The notes beneath the pieces were generated by a model, which had not been told where the DNA came from, did not search any database, and saw only the letters and a program-made list of their open reading frames with translations. From positions 105,464,001-105,528,000 of the forward strand of contig NC_086108.1 of NCBI RefSeq assembly GCF_963921235.1: a DNA stretch of 64,000 nt. The letters are read 5' to 3'. The stretch is from Mobula hypostoma (lineage: Eukaryota). The translations under genes and the position numbers were made by a program. Shown here one piece after another: positions 23,056-36,214 of this stretch (positions are counted from its first letter, which is position 1; every line of letters starts with the position of its first letter).

Positions 23056-23399
23056 TCAGTGCTCGACAAATTCTACATCCATCCCCTGGAAAAACAAACA
23101 GATTTGTTACTCTGAAACACACACAAAATGCTGGAGGAACTCAGCAGGCCAGGCAAAGAATAAATAGTTGACATTTTGGGTTGAGAACCTTCATCAGGAC
23201 TGGAGAAAAAATATGAGAAGGCAGATTAAGAAGGTGGGGCAAGGGGAGGAAGAACTACAAGGTCGTAAGTGATAGGTGAAACTGGGAGGGGGGAGGGATG
23301 AAGTAAAGAACTGGGAAGTCAATTGGTGAAAGAGATAAAGGGCTGGAGAAGGGGGAATCTGATAGGACCGGAGGGGGGTGATGGGCAGGTAAGGAGATT

Positions 23400-25258
23400 T
23401 TATAAAGCTTTTATAGATATGTAAAAAGGAAAAGACTGGTAAAGACAAATGTAGGTCCCCTGCAGACAGAAACAGGTGAATTGTTTATGGGGAGCAAGGA
23501 CATGGCAGACCAATTGAATAATTACTTTGGTTCTGTCTTCACTAAGGAGGACATAAATAATCTTCCAGAAATAGTAGGGGACAGAGGATCCAGTGACATG
23601 GAGGAACTGAGCGAAATACATGTTAGTAGGGAAGTGGTGTTAGGTAAATTGAAGGGATTGAAGGCAGATAAATCCCCAGGGCCAGATGGTCTGCATCCGA
23701 GAGTGCTTAAGGAAGTAGCCCAAGAAATAGTGGATGCATTAGTGATAATTTTTCAAAACTCGTTAGATTCTGGACTAGTTCCTGAGGATTGGAGGGTGGC
23801 TAATGTAACCCCACTTTTTAAAAAAGGAGGGAGAGAGAAACCGGGGAATTATAGACCGGTTAGCCTAACGTCGGTGGTGGGGAAACTGCTAGAGTCAGTT
23901 ATCAAAGATGTGATAACAGCACATTTGGAAAGCGGTGAAATCATCGGACAAAGTCAGCATGGATTTGTGAAAGGAAAATCATGTCTGATGAATCTCATAG
24001 AATTTTTTGAGGATGTAACTAGTAGAGTGGATAGGGGAGAACCAGTGGATGTGGTATATTTGGATTTTCAAAAGGCTTTTGACAAGGTCCCACACAGGAG
24101 ATTAGTGTGCAAACTTAAAGCACACGGTATTGGGGGTAAGGTATTGATGTGGATAGAGAATTGGTTAGCAGACAGGAAGCAAAGAGTGGGAATAAACGAG
24201 ACCTTTTCAGAATGGCAGGAGGTGACTAGTGGGGTACTGCAAGGCTCAGTGCTGGGACCCCAGTTGTTTACAATATATATTAATGACTTGGATGAGGGAA
24301 TTAAATGCAGCATCTCCAAGTTTGCGGATGACACGAAGCTGGGTGGCAGTGTTAGCTGTGAGGAGGATGCTAAGAGGATGCAGAGTGACTTGGATAGGTT
24401 GGGTGAGTGGGCAAATTCATGGCAGATGCAATTTAATGTGGATAAATGTGAAGTTATCCACTTTGGTGGCAAAAATAGGAAAACAGATTATTATCTGAAT
24501 GGTGGCCGATTAGGAAAAGGGGAGGTGCAACGAGACCTGGGTGTCATTATACACCAGTCATTGAAAGTGGGCATGCAGGTACAGCAGGCGGTGAAAAAGG
24601 CGAATGGTATGCTGGCATTTATAGCAAGAGGATTCGAGTACAGGAGCAGGGAGGTACTACTGCAGTTGTACAAGGCCTTGGTGAGACCACACCTGGAGTA
24701 TTGTGTGCAGTTTTGGTCCCCTAATCTGAGGAAAGACATCCTTGCCATAGAGGAAGTACAAAGAAGGTTCACCAGATTGATTCCTGGGATGGCAGGACTT
24801 TCATATGAAGAAAGACTGGATGAACCGGGCTTGTACTCGTTGGAATTTAGAAGATTGAGGGGGGATCTGATTGAAACGTATAAAATCCTAAAGGGATTGG
24901 ACAGGCTAGATGCAGGAAGATTGTTCCCGATGTTGGGGAAGTCCAGAACGAGGGGTCACAGCTTGAGGATAAAGGGGAAGCCTTTTAGGACCGAGATTAG
25001 GAAAATCTTATTCACACAGAGAGTGGCGAATCTGTGGAATTCTCTGCCACAGGAAACAGTTGAGGCCAGTTCATTAGCTATATTTAAGAGGGAGTTAGAT
25101 ATGGCCCTTGTGGCTACGGGGATCAGGGGGTATGGAGGGAAGGCTGGGGCGGGGTTCTGAGTTGGATGATCAGCCATGATCATAATAAATGGCGGTGCAG
25201 GCTCGAAGGGCCGAATGGCCTACTCCTGCACCTATTTTCTATGTTTCTATGTTTCTAT
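23400..25258 (+). mobile_element. Young 5'-truncated CR1 LINE with (TTTCTATG)n tail
   Basis: Uninterrupted ORF2 frame, complete 3'UTR and microsatellite tail. Confidence 0.97.
23481..25160 (+). pseudogene. CR1 ORF2 reverse transcriptase domain (559 aa open; no endonuclease or promoter)
   Basis: KSPGPDG, NYRPVSLTS, DFQKAFDKVPH, QGSVLGP, FADDTK, RDLGV. Confidence 0.95.
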
Positions 25259-25606
25259 GAGATATGGTGAGAGAGGGAAATGGGAATAGGGGAATGGTGA
25301 TGGGGGGGCATTACAGGAAGTTTGGAAATTGATGTACATGCCAAATGGTTGGAGGCCACCCAAACAGAATATAAGGTTTTGCTCCTCCAACCTGAGACTG
25401 GCCTCATCATGGCAGTAAGAGGAGGCCATGGACTGACACATCGGAACGGGTATGGGAAGTAGAATTAAAATGGGTAGCCATCGGGAGATCCCGGTTTTTC
25501 TGGCTGATCGAGCACTGGTGCTCAGTGAAGTGGTCTCCGAATCTTCGCCAAGCTGTTTCCCAACAGACCGTTTCACCGAGCACCTACACTCTGTCCGCCA
25601 GAACGT

Positions 25607-26138
25607 AAGCCCTTTATCTAAGAAAAGACGTGCTAGCAATGGAGAGGGTCTAGAGAATGTTCACAAGAATAATCCCGGTAATGAAAGGGTTAACATATGA
25701 GGAGCTTTTGATGGCTCTGGGTCTGTACGTGCTGGTGTTTAGACAAATGAGGGCTGATTTCACTGAAACCTATGGAATATTGAAAAGCCTACATAGAGTG
25801 AATGTGGAGAGGAAGTTTCACACAGTGAGGGAGTCTAGGACCAGACAGCACAGACTCAGAAGTGAGGAGCATCCATTTTGAACAGAGATGAGGAGGAATT
25901 TCTTTAGGCGGGTGGTGGTGAATATATGGAATTCATTGCCACAGACATTAAGTATATTGAGTAAAATCATTGAGTATATTTAATGCAGAGATTGACAGGT
26001 TTTTAATTAATCAGAGTGTCAGAGGTTACAGGGGGAAGGCAGGAAAATAGGGTTGAGAGGGGTAATAAATCGGCCACAATGGAATGGTAGGAAAGGTGGG
26101 CTGTATAGCCTAATTTTGCTCTTCTGTCTTATGGCCTT
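25607..26138 (+). mobile_element. Decayed CR1 3' fragment
   Basis: FTRIIPVMKGLTYEE...ESRTRQH. Confidence 0.85.
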
Positions 26139-27009
26139 AGTGTATACAGTTATCCTGGTCGGCATAAACAAATGTCCTTATTCTGAACTGTGCAACTCCG
26201 TGACTCTGTGACTTTCAGTCGGCCTAGAGACTGGGCCTTGGCAACCAAGTACCAGTGAGAAAATCTATATTTTAATTTTGTCTTTTTCTGTTTGACAGGA
26301 AGTCCCATGACAAGTGGCACTGTGCAGGAGAAATTGATGGGAAAATGCCCACCGTTCCCAGAGCTTACAAGAACAAGCAAAACTTGGCGTACTTCCAGCG
26401 TCATTCCCATCCTTGCACAACTGAAAATCATGAAGCTCCAATCAAGATCTTCCCTTGGCGTTCACTTCACTTAACCCATGGGTGCTTGTTATTGTAATTT
26501 GGATGGTTCCCCGGCAGAGGATCTCGGTATGAAGGGGAAAGCAGTATAAATGCAAAAATGACATTGATAAATTCCACTTCCACTGCCACTGCCTATTTCA
26601 ATCTCACCCCAGAGGTTTGATTTCTCACATCGACTTCAACAAGTGCTGACAGGCTTTGGGCCTGGCTCCTAGCTGAATGTTGCCTCAGTGCTAAATCATT
26701 TTGAAAAGCTATTCAAAGCTTAAAAAAAAATCTTACCTAACAAAGGAAAATATTGATAGCATGACCTTGTTCAGAGGGAGATAGAGAGAGAGAAAAAAAA
26801 ACTGATACTTTGACTCTAATATTTATCATTATTCATAGACAGGGTAGGGCATCGCTGGTGATAGTGTGTTGTTAATTTCCCTTAAATATCTGTGGTCCTT
26901 CTTGTGAACATGTTCCTCACTTGATGCTGGAGAACAAGTTTCAGGATTTAGACCCAGCAACGATGAACGATTTGAAGCACCATTCCCTGTCAGCAAGGTT
27001 GGCCATGTC

Positions 27010-27510
27010 TGAATCAGGTTTATTGTCACTGACATACATCGTAAAATAAAGTTGTACAAAAAGAGAGCAAAAATATTGAGGTAGTGTACATGGGGGTCAT
27101 TGTCCATTCAGAAATCTGATGGCTGAGGGGAAGAAGCTGTTTCTAAAATATTGATTGTGTAACTTCAGGCTCTTGTACCTGGCCCCTGGTAGTAGCAATG
27201 AGAAGGAGTCATGTCCTGTGTGGTGCGGGTCCTTAATGATAGATGCCACCTTCTTGAGGCATCGCCTTTGATGGCCTCCTTGTTGGTGGGATGGCTGGTG
27301 CCCATGATGGTACTAGCTGAGTTTGTAACATTCTGCAGCTTTCTCTGATACTGCATAGTGGCTCCACCATATCAGATGGTGATACAGCCAGTTAGAACGC
27401 TCTCCACAGTACATCAGTAGAATTTTGCCAGAGACGTACCAAATCTCCTCAAACTCCTAAGGAAATATAGCTGCTGGTGTGCCTTCATTGTAATGGAATC
27501 AATATGCAGA
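27010..27510 (-). mobile_element. Rex1-type LINE 3' fragment
   Basis: Homologous to 3381-3920 (cagaaatctgatggc.gaggggaagaagctgtt). Confidence 0.75.
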
Positions 27511-27589
27511 AGGTACGCCAGTAGCGGAAGACATTTGGAGAGTTCTGGGCAGGTGATAGTGCTCTGAGGAAACCATAATGTACTTACGG

Positions 27590-29720
27590 AAGAGCAGAAA
27601 GGGTGCTGTAAGGGTATGAAAGGATGTAAAGAACAACTGATAATAGATTCCGTAATTCTAAATGAAGCCCGGCGGAAAAGCAGAAATCATTCCTGTTGCT
27701 ATGTTGACTACCATAAAAGCATTTGACTCTGTCCCACACTCATGGCTATTAGAAGTTCTTAATATAAACTACACCTAATGCTTGTGAAATTCCTGCAACA
27801 GCTGATGAGGCATTGGCACAGTATAATCACACTATGTTTCCTGCTGAAGTAAGTGGGGGAAGGGGAGGGTAGAGGGTTGATGCTTTGCTGCTGCTTGTGG
27901 GTGGGAAGGGGTAATGGGGGCTTCGGGGTTGTTATGTCTTACTGCCATTCATTCTTCGGTGTTCTCTTCTGTTTCTGCGGATGTCTGAAGAGAGAAAGAA
28001 CTTCAGGTTGTACATTGTATACATTCTCTGATATTAATTAGAACAATTGAACCTTTGAACCCTATCTAATAAAACCAAAAAAGAACTCTCTAAGTCTCCC
28101 CAGTGACTCTCTAAGTCCACTATGGTTCTGCCTAGTTACAAACCCACTGTCTAATGTAATGAACTGGAAAAAAAATTGTGTATCAAATCAGAAAGAATGA
28201 AACTAATTTTACCTTAACACACCTTCTATGCATGGATGATTTGAAATTATATGCTCCTTCAATAGTTAAACTAAAGCAATTAATTCAAATAGTGGAGCTA
28301 TTTTCAAAAGATATAAACATGAACTTTGGACTGGATAAATGAACATTAAACATAAAGAAAGGTGTAATAGAGCTAATAGAATACGAAACAGAGCAGCAGG
28401 ATGTAATATAATCAATGGATATCAACAAGGAAAGAAAATAGATCATAGTGTGATAAAGGGAAAACTTTTGACAGAAATTACTTCAAGGCTTAGGAAAATC
28501 TGCCAAACAGTAAAAATATTACAAAGGCACCAAACACTTTCACTATACGCATATTAACATATTCTTTTGGCATAATATCTTGCCCGAAATGGATCTGGAA
28601 AATTTACAAAGAAAAATAAGAAGTGAAATGACAGATCTCTGAAAGCATTATGTATACTCAAACATGCTTAGATTAACACTACCTAGGACAGAAGGGGGAA
28701 GAAGAATAACAGACATTAAAAGTCTACCCAACAGTCAAATGAAACTTCTAAGGATATAGTTTCATCAATGAAAATAGGATTCAGCATTCCACGCGAGCAT
28801 ATGCAATTCTGATAAGAAGTACATGCCACTAAACTTAAATGAAAACACAACCCAGAAAAATGAAGAAATTATCACTAATGAAGAAAAAGTTAACCAGTGG
28901 AAGAACATGACCCTGCATGAAAGACATCCCCATGATCTGAGCAGACTAGATGTCGACAAGGAAGCCTCGAACACCTGGCTCAGAGTTGGAGGTTTCTTCC
29001 CAGAAACAGAAGGGTTTCTTGTGGCAATACAGGACCAGGAGGTTAACACAAAAAATTATCAGAAATATATAATAAAGGACCCACAAATTCAAGAAGATAA
29101 ATGTAGAAAACACCAAGAGAAACCGGAAACAATCCAACACATTATAGGATCCTGCATCAGTTTACCTCAATCTGATAACTTGCACGGACACAATCAGTTG
29201 CAAACATCATTCATGAAAATCTTGCTTTAAAATATAAACTCATAAAAGAATCCATACTTGACTATAGATAAAAGCCTGATCCAGTTTTAGAGTCAGAATC
29301 CCACAAATTATATTATGGCTGATCTATTATTACAGATAGGACAATCCACAAAGCCACCCAGATACTGGATAAGCAAGTAAGAACAATATAGCCATTCCTA
29401 GCACACATAACTTACAGAAATCAACAAGTGAAAAAAACCAGAAATGTACAGAATTAAAAGAGAAAATTGAAGGACTTTGGAACATGAACAGGGTGTACAT
29501 TATCCTAATAGTAATATCTACAACTGGTATCATCCGAAAGGCACTACATAATAGCAATGAACAAACAACAATATTTATGTAAATCGCTAGAAAGCCACAA
29601 TACTAAAAAGCACTACAGTAGTCTGAAAGTTCTTAGCAGTTGAGAAATGAGCGTGCTTGGATATGCCTGTACCTCGGGTTTTACCAGCTTGAGCTGAGAA
29701 AAAATATAAATAATAATAAC
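27590..29720 (+). mobile_element. R4/Dong(Rex6)-like non-LTR retrotransposon (RT, CCHC finger, restriction-like endonuclease region), degenerate
   Basis: aaagcatttgactctgtcccacactcatgg (KAFDSVPHSW), SDSLSPLWFCL, MDDLKLYA and ETEGFLVAIQDQ...KCRK...ETIQHIIGSC. The 3' end runs into (TAA)n. Interrupted at about 27850-28061. Confidence 0.85.
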
Positions 29721-29721
29721 C

Positions 29722-29930
29722 TTATTTTTCAAGCACTCTTCATATAAATGATGTAGTTCACAGTGCTTTACAATGGGATAAAAGTACAAACATGAAAATG
29801 GAAGACAAAAACAACATTAGTTTGTATCAGCTGAGTTTGTATCCCTTATCTATTTAGGTATTGAGTTCCACAGTTTAAGAGTTTAGTTGCTAACTATGCT
29901 CCTAAACTGTGGAACCTAAATGCAGATAAA
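29722..29930 (-). mobile_element. L2-like 3' end with fold-back inverted duplication
   Basis: The minus strand ends gtaaagcactgtgaactacatcatttatatgaagagtgc, resembling L2 tails. tatgctcctaaactgtggaac is inverted against 29865-29888. Confidence 0.6.
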
Positions 29931-30427
29931 CTTTGTCCCCATTAGAATGCATTTGGACCATATTTAAACACTTATATCCATTAAACAGTCAAAATGTCTT
30001 TTAAATGTTGTAATTGTACCCACCTGTACTATGACCTCTGACAGCTCATTCTGTATAACCACCATCCTCTGGGTGAAAAAGTTTCACTTCCAATCCCTTT
30101 CAATGTGACTGGGAATCTGTGTGGTCTTGGTTGTAGCTAGGACTAGATATCATGCTGTGGATTGCTTGTTGCAACAGTCCCGGAGAGCCAACGCTGGAGG
30201 CGGTGTGGTGTGGCATCCATGCTGGATTGGGGGGGTTGGCCCCTCCAGTTGGTGCTCCCTTCCCATGTTTGCTCAGTGGAAGATGTGTTAATGCATACTT
30301 TTATCTTTGGACTGCTGAGAACTGCTTGCTCTTGCCAATAACACCCATGCACCATCAATTTAAAGGACATTTTACTCAGGGGCCTTATATTTTGTTTGTG
30401 TGACTGTATGTTTATTGCCTTCTTATA

Positions 30428-31345
30428 TAAGACCATAAGACTTAGGAACAGAATTAGACCATTTGAGACCATCGACTCTGCTCCACCATTTCATCATGGC
30501 TGATCCATTTTTCCGCTCAGCCCCAATCTCCTTCATTCTCAGCGTATCCATCCGTGCCCTGACCAATCAAGGACCTATGAACCTCTGCCGTAAAAATACA
30601 TAAAAATTTGTCCTCCACAGCTGCCTCTGGCAAAGAATTCCACAGATTCATCACTCTCTCGCTAAAGAAATTCCGACTCATCTCCATTCTAAAGGGAGAC
30701 CCTCTATTCTGAGGCTGCGTCATCTGGCCTCAGGCTCTCCCACGATAGGAAACATCCACTCTCTCAAGGCCTTTCACCATTTGGTAGGCTTCAATGTAGT
30801 CATCCTTCATCCTTCTGAATTCTAGTAAATACAGGCCCAGAGCCATCAAACACTCTTAATATGACTAGCCATTCAATCCCGGAATTATTTTCGTGAACCT
30901 TCTTTGAACCCTCTCCAGTTTCAGCACCTTTCTAAGATAAGGGGCCCAAACCTGCTCACAATACTCCAAATGAGGCCTCATCAGTGCTTTATAAAGTTTC
31001 AGCATTACATCCTTGCTTTTATATTCTAGTCCTCTTGAAATGAATGCTAACATTGCATTTGCCTTCATCACCACAGACCCAACCTGCAAATTCACCTTTA
31101 GGGAATTCTGCACAAGGGCTCACAAATCCTTTTGCACCACTGCTTTTTGTATTTTCTCTCCACTTAGAAAATAGTCCACTCTTTATATAATCTCTCTTTG
31201 GCTTTTATATTGACTTTGACTTCTCTTGTTAGCCATGGTTGTGTCGTCTTGCCTTTAGAATACTTCTTCCTCTTTGGGTTATATAGCCAGTGCCTTCCAA
31301 ATTGCTTCCAGAAATTCCAGCCGTTGATGCTCTGCCATCATTCTT
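30428..31345 (-). mobile_element. CR1 LINE fragment(s)
   Basis: NFFSERVMNLWNSLP; KALMRPHLEYCEQVW. Confidence 0.88.
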
Positions 31346-31346
31346 T

Positions 31347-32480
31347 TCATAGAAACATAGAAACATAGAAAACCTACAATACAATACAGGCCCTTCGGCC
31401 CACAAAGTTGTGCCGAACATGTCCCCACCTTAGAAATTACTAGGCTTACTCACAGCTCTCAATTTTTCTAAGCTCCATGTACCTATCCAAAAGTCTCTTA
31501 AAATACCCTATCGTATTCGCCTCCACCACCATTGCCAGCACCACTCTGCATAAAAAACTTACCCCTGAGATCTCCTCTGTACCTACTCCCCAGCACCTTA
31601 AACCTGTGTCCTCTTCTGGCAACCACTTCAGCCCTGGGAAAAAGCCTCTGACTATCCACACGATCAATGCCTTTCATCATCTTGTATACCTCCATCAGGT
31701 CACCTCTCTTCTTCCGTCACTCCAAGGAGAAAAGGCCGAGTTCACTCAGCCTGTTTTCATAAGGCGTGCTCCCCAATCCAGGCAACACCCTTGTAAATCT
31801 CCTCTACACCCTTTCTATGGGTTCCACATCCTTCCTGTAGTGAGGTGACTAGAAATGAGCACAGTACTCCAAGTGGGGACTGACCAGGGTCCTATATAGA
31901 TGCAACATTACCTCTCAGCTCCTAAATTCAATTCCACGATTGATGAAGGCCAATACACTGTATACCTTCTTAACCACAGAGTCAACCTGCGCAGCTGCTT
32001 TGAGCGTCCTGTGGACTCGAACCCCAAGATCCCTCTGATCTTCCACACTGCTAAGAGTCTTACCATTAATACTACAAACGTATATTCTGCCATCATATTT
32101 GACCTACCAAAATGAACCACTTTACACTTATCTGGCTTGAACTCCATCTGCCACTTCTCAGCCCAGTTTTGCATCCTATCGATGTCCCGCTGTAACTTCT
32201 AACAGCCCTCCACACTATCCACAACACCTCCATCCTTTGTGTCATCAGCAAACTTACTAACCCATCCCTCCACTTCCTCATCCAGGTTATTTATAAAAAT
32301 CACAAAGAGTATGGGTTCCAGAACAGATCCCTGAGGCACAACACTGGTCACCGACCTCCATATAGAATATGATCCATCTACAACCACTCTTTGCCTTCAG
32401 TGGGCAAGCCAGTTCTGGATCTACAAAGCAATGTCCCCTTGGATCCCATGCCTCCTTACTTTCTCAGTAAGCCTTGCATG
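31347..32480 (-). mobile_element. CR1 LINE RT/3' fragment with (CATAGAAA)n end
   Basis: VPQGSVLEP...KFADDTK, WQMEFKPDKC, and a tail at 31347-31370. Confidence 0.92.
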
Positions 32481-32484
32481 GGGC

Positions 32485-32900
32485 ATGATCAACAGTGCCA
32501 TGCCTTGTTTTCCTATCAATTCTGGTCAAATCCTCTTTCATGGCTCTGTAATTCCCTTTACTCCACTGTAATACAGATACATCTGACTTTAGCTTCTCTT
32601 TTTCAAATTTTAGGGTGAACTTGATAATATTATGATCATTGTCCCCTAAGGATACTTTTACCTTAAGCTCTCTAATCAATTCTGGTTCATTGCACAACGC
32701 CCAATCCAGACTAGCTAATCCTCTAGTAGGCTCAACCATGAGCTGTTCTAAGAAGCCATCTTGTAGGTATTCTAGAAATCCCCCTCCTGTAATCCAGCTT
32801 CCACCTGATTTTCCCAATTACAGTCCCCCATTGCCCCATCGGCATGCGTTTTCTATCTCCCTTTCTAATTTGTAGGCCACATCCTTACTCCTGTTCATGT
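32485..32900 (-). mobile_element. CR1 APE-domain fragment
   Basis: FLEQLMVEPTRG...LGDNDHNII. Confidence 0.82.
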
Positions 32901-33124
32901 GGTCAGGGAAGGAATAAGATTAGGATTCAAATTCAGATTCATTTATCCATCACGTATGATAAAATAGACAGTTAAATGTGTCACTTTGTTTTAATAACCA
33001 ACACAAGCTAAGGATGTGCTGGGGGCAGCCCGAAAGTGTCACCCCACATTCTGGTGCCAAAACAGAAACAACCACAGAACAACAACAACAAATCAAGCCC
33101 CATTCCTACCCACTTACTGAACTG

Positions 33125-33225
33125 ACTCACACTCACAGACATTCACACATACACTCAGACACACACACCACCTCTCTCTCTCTCTCTCTCTCTCTCTAAC
33201 ACACGCTCACAAACACACACACACT

Positions 33226-33262
<37 letters not shown>

Positions 33263-33407
33263 ACACACCCGCACCCTCATACAGACATCAACACATACAC
33301 ACACACATACTCACAATCACATGCACATACTCACAGACACTCACACATGCACACACCCACACACAGACACAAACACACACACACACACATTCATACACTC
33401 ACATATG

Positions 33408-33438
<31 letters not shown>

Positions 33439-33440
33439 TC
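33125..33440. repeat. Compound (CA)n/(CT)n microsatellite
   Basis: Direct inspection. Confidence 0.97.
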
Positions 33441-33464
33441 CAACAACAATAAAGCAGCCTAAGA

Positions 33465-35886
33465 AAGCAGCCTTCAGGAAGGTTAACCCACAAAAAGCAG
33501 TTGGCCCAGATGGGACACCTGACCGAGTACTAAAGACCTTTGCAGATCAACTGACTGGAGTATTCACCAATATTCTTAGCCTTTCTCTTCAGCAGTCAGA
33601 GGTACCTATCTGCTTCAAGCAGGCTTCAATTATACAGGAGACTGAGAAGAATGTCGTCACCTGCCTCACTGACTATCATCCTGTGGCACTACATCCACTG
33701 TGATTAAGTGCTTTGAAAGATTGTTGATGAAACATATCAACTCCTACCTGAGAAGCATCTTGGATTGGCTCCAGTTTGCCTACCATCACAACAGGTCAAG
33801 AGCAGATGCCATTTCACTGGCTCTTCACTCAATCCTGAAACATTAGGACAGTGAAGATGCTCTTTATTGGCTACAACTCACATTCAGTACTATCATCCTC
33901 TCAAAACTAATCAATAAGCCTCATAACCTAAGCCTCAATACCTCCTTGTGCAACTGGATCCTTGATTTCCTCACTTGCAGATGCCAGTCAGTTCAGATTG
34001 GCAACAACATCTCCTCCACAATTTCCCTTAGCACAGGTGTATCACAAGTCTGTGTGCTTAGCTCTCTGCTTTGCTTGCTTTGTACTCAAAATTATGGAAC
34101 TAAACACACCTCCAATGCCATATTTAAGTTTGCTGATGATACCACTGTTGTTGGTCAAATGACAGGCGGTGACTAATATGAAGGAGATTGAAAATCTGAC
34201 TGAGTGGCGTCACAACAACAACCTCCCACTCTCTATCAGTAAAACCAAGGAGCTGATTACTAACTTCAGGAGGAGGAAACCAGAGGTCCGTGAGTCAGTC
34301 CTCATCGGGAGATCAGAGGTAGAGAGAGTCAGAAACTTTAAATTCCTCGGTGTTAATCAGTCCTGGGACCTGCACATAATTGCTATTACAAAGAAGGCAC
34401 AGCAGCGCCTCTACTTTTTTAGAAATTTGCAAGGATTTGGCATGCCATCTAAAACTTTGGCAAACTTTTATAGATGTGCAGTGCAGAGGATATTGACTGG
34501 TTCCTTCATGGCCTGGTCTGGAAACACTAATGTCTTTGAAGGCAGAGCTCTGGAGGGTTAATGGCGCCTAACGGCCACTCCTTTGCTTGCATCTTCGGAA
34601 ACAGCTCTATTTCCATCTTTAATATCTCTATTTTTCCCTTTTGGGGTTCTTTTGAAGACCCTGACCTGGAGTTACACGCTGACTACGGTACTACGGTTCT
34701 TTGCGAGGATGGGACCTGCTCTCAGGGTTTCATGACTGGCCGTTGTTCGGCATGCTAAGGTCCCAGCCCAAGAGCTCCACGCGCCTTTGGGGGACCAAGT
34801 TTTCATGGCCCTGAAGACAGCGGTGGGTAGAGTTGGAATTGAAGGTCTGTGTCTGAGCAGAAACCCGGTGTGTCGTGGGAGATGGAAGATCTAAGGCTGT
34901 GTGCCCAGAGACCCAAGTTCTTTGGGCACAGAGCTCGGAAAAAGCAACGCAACATACTTTTAACATAGTAAACCAGCGAGTTGTTTGTTATGTCTCCCCC
35001 CTTGCTGTGAAACGGAGACATCTCTTTCTCCCTTATTAGGGAGAGAGAAAGAGCCTGTGGTATGTCGAATACCGGGTGAACAATGTAGTCTTTGGGGTAA
35101 CTGCAAGTCTGTGTCTTTGCTGGTGCTTTGCTCACACTTGAGTTCTCAGTGATGGGTGCCTATGCTCTTTTTTGCCGGTGGGAAGAAGGGGAATTGTTGC
35201 TTGCTGCCGCTTATGTGCGGGAGGGAGGAGAGCTGGGGGGGAACGTTGGGGTTCTAACATTTAACTGTCATTCATTTTTTGGGGCCACTCCTCTGTTTTC
35301 GTGAATGGTTGCGAAGAAAAAGCATTTCAGGATGTATATTGTATACATTTCTCTGATATTAAATGTACCTTTGAAACCTCAGAAAGCTTTGAACAGAAAT
35401 GTCTACAGAAGCGAATGGATATGGCCCAGTCCATCATGGGTAAAGCCCTCCCCACCATTGAGCACATCTGCATGGAGCGCTGTTGCAGGAAAGACCATCC
35501 AGGCCATGCTCTTGTCTCATTGCTGCCATCAGGACAAAGGTACAGAAGCCTCAGGGCCCACAGGGCTAGGTTCAGGAATAGTTCTTATCCCTCTACCATC
35601 AGGCTTTTGAACCTGTTAACTTCACTGGCCCCATCACCAAACATTTGGCACAACCTGTGGAGTTACTTCTAGGGACTCTTCATCTCATGTTCTCAATATT
35701 TATTGCTTATTTATTATTAGGCTTTTTTCCTTTTCGTATTTGTGCTGTTTGTTTTCTTTTGCACACTGTACTAGTCTGTCTTATGGGTGCAGTGTTTCAT
35801 TGATTCTACTGTGTTTTTGTATTTACTGAGAATGCCTGCAAGAAATCAAATCTCAAGCTTATACATATGTGTACTTTGATAATAAA
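33465..35886 (+). mobile_element. Rex1/Babar-type LINE RT to 3' end, interrupted at 34541-35386
   Basis: KAVGPDG...[43 protein letters not shown]. Confidence 0.87.
34541..35386 (+). mobile_element. Non-coding, non-autonomous retroelement of about 845 bp with ATGGCGCC head and Rex-like tail
   Basis: Flanked by ctttgaa on both sides. No meaningful ORF. Its 3' 200 bp are homologous to the insert at 27850-28061. Confidence 0.65.
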
Positions 35887-36172
35887 ATTAAAGTCTGTCA
35901 CGAGCCTTATAGTCCCAATCGGCCGGTGCTTATGTTTGTTTCCGTGGCGTGAAGTGACTGAGAGTACGAGACTGTCCCCTGGGTAGGACGCCAGTCTATC
36001 GTGAGCTTAACCCCCAGCATTTTGCCGGTACCCAATTTCAGCTGGGTGGACTGGAGCAATGTGTGTGTAAATGCCTTGCTCAGGGACACAACATGCTGCC
36101 TCAGCTGGGGCTAGAACTCACAACCCTCAGATCGCTAGTCCAACGCCCTAACCACTTGGCCACGCGCCACAC
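35887..36172 (-). mobile_element. tRNA-derived SINE (same head as the 22753 SINE, different tail)
   Basis: Minus strand gtggccaagtggttagggcgtt...gttctagccc...tgtgtccctgagcaaggca. TSD tacttYgataataaa at 35872-35886 and 36173-36187. Confidence 0.85.
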
Positions 36173-36214
36173 TACTTCGATAATAAATTAAATAAATTTG
36201 AAAGTTGAACTTTG

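Larger units (their letters stand above)
23115..25605 (-). mobile_element. Penelope-like fragment split by the CR1 at 23400-25258
   Basis: pLTR with a decayed hammerhead at about 23166-23202. GIY-YIG C-terminus (HDEASLRLEEQNLIFCLG) in ORF 25247..25639. Confidence 0.85.

Noticed and set aside
23481..25160. 559-aa ORF as a host gene
   Set aside because: It is CR1 ORF2 with a LINE 3'UTR and tail, 5'-truncated, with many paralogous fragments in the window.
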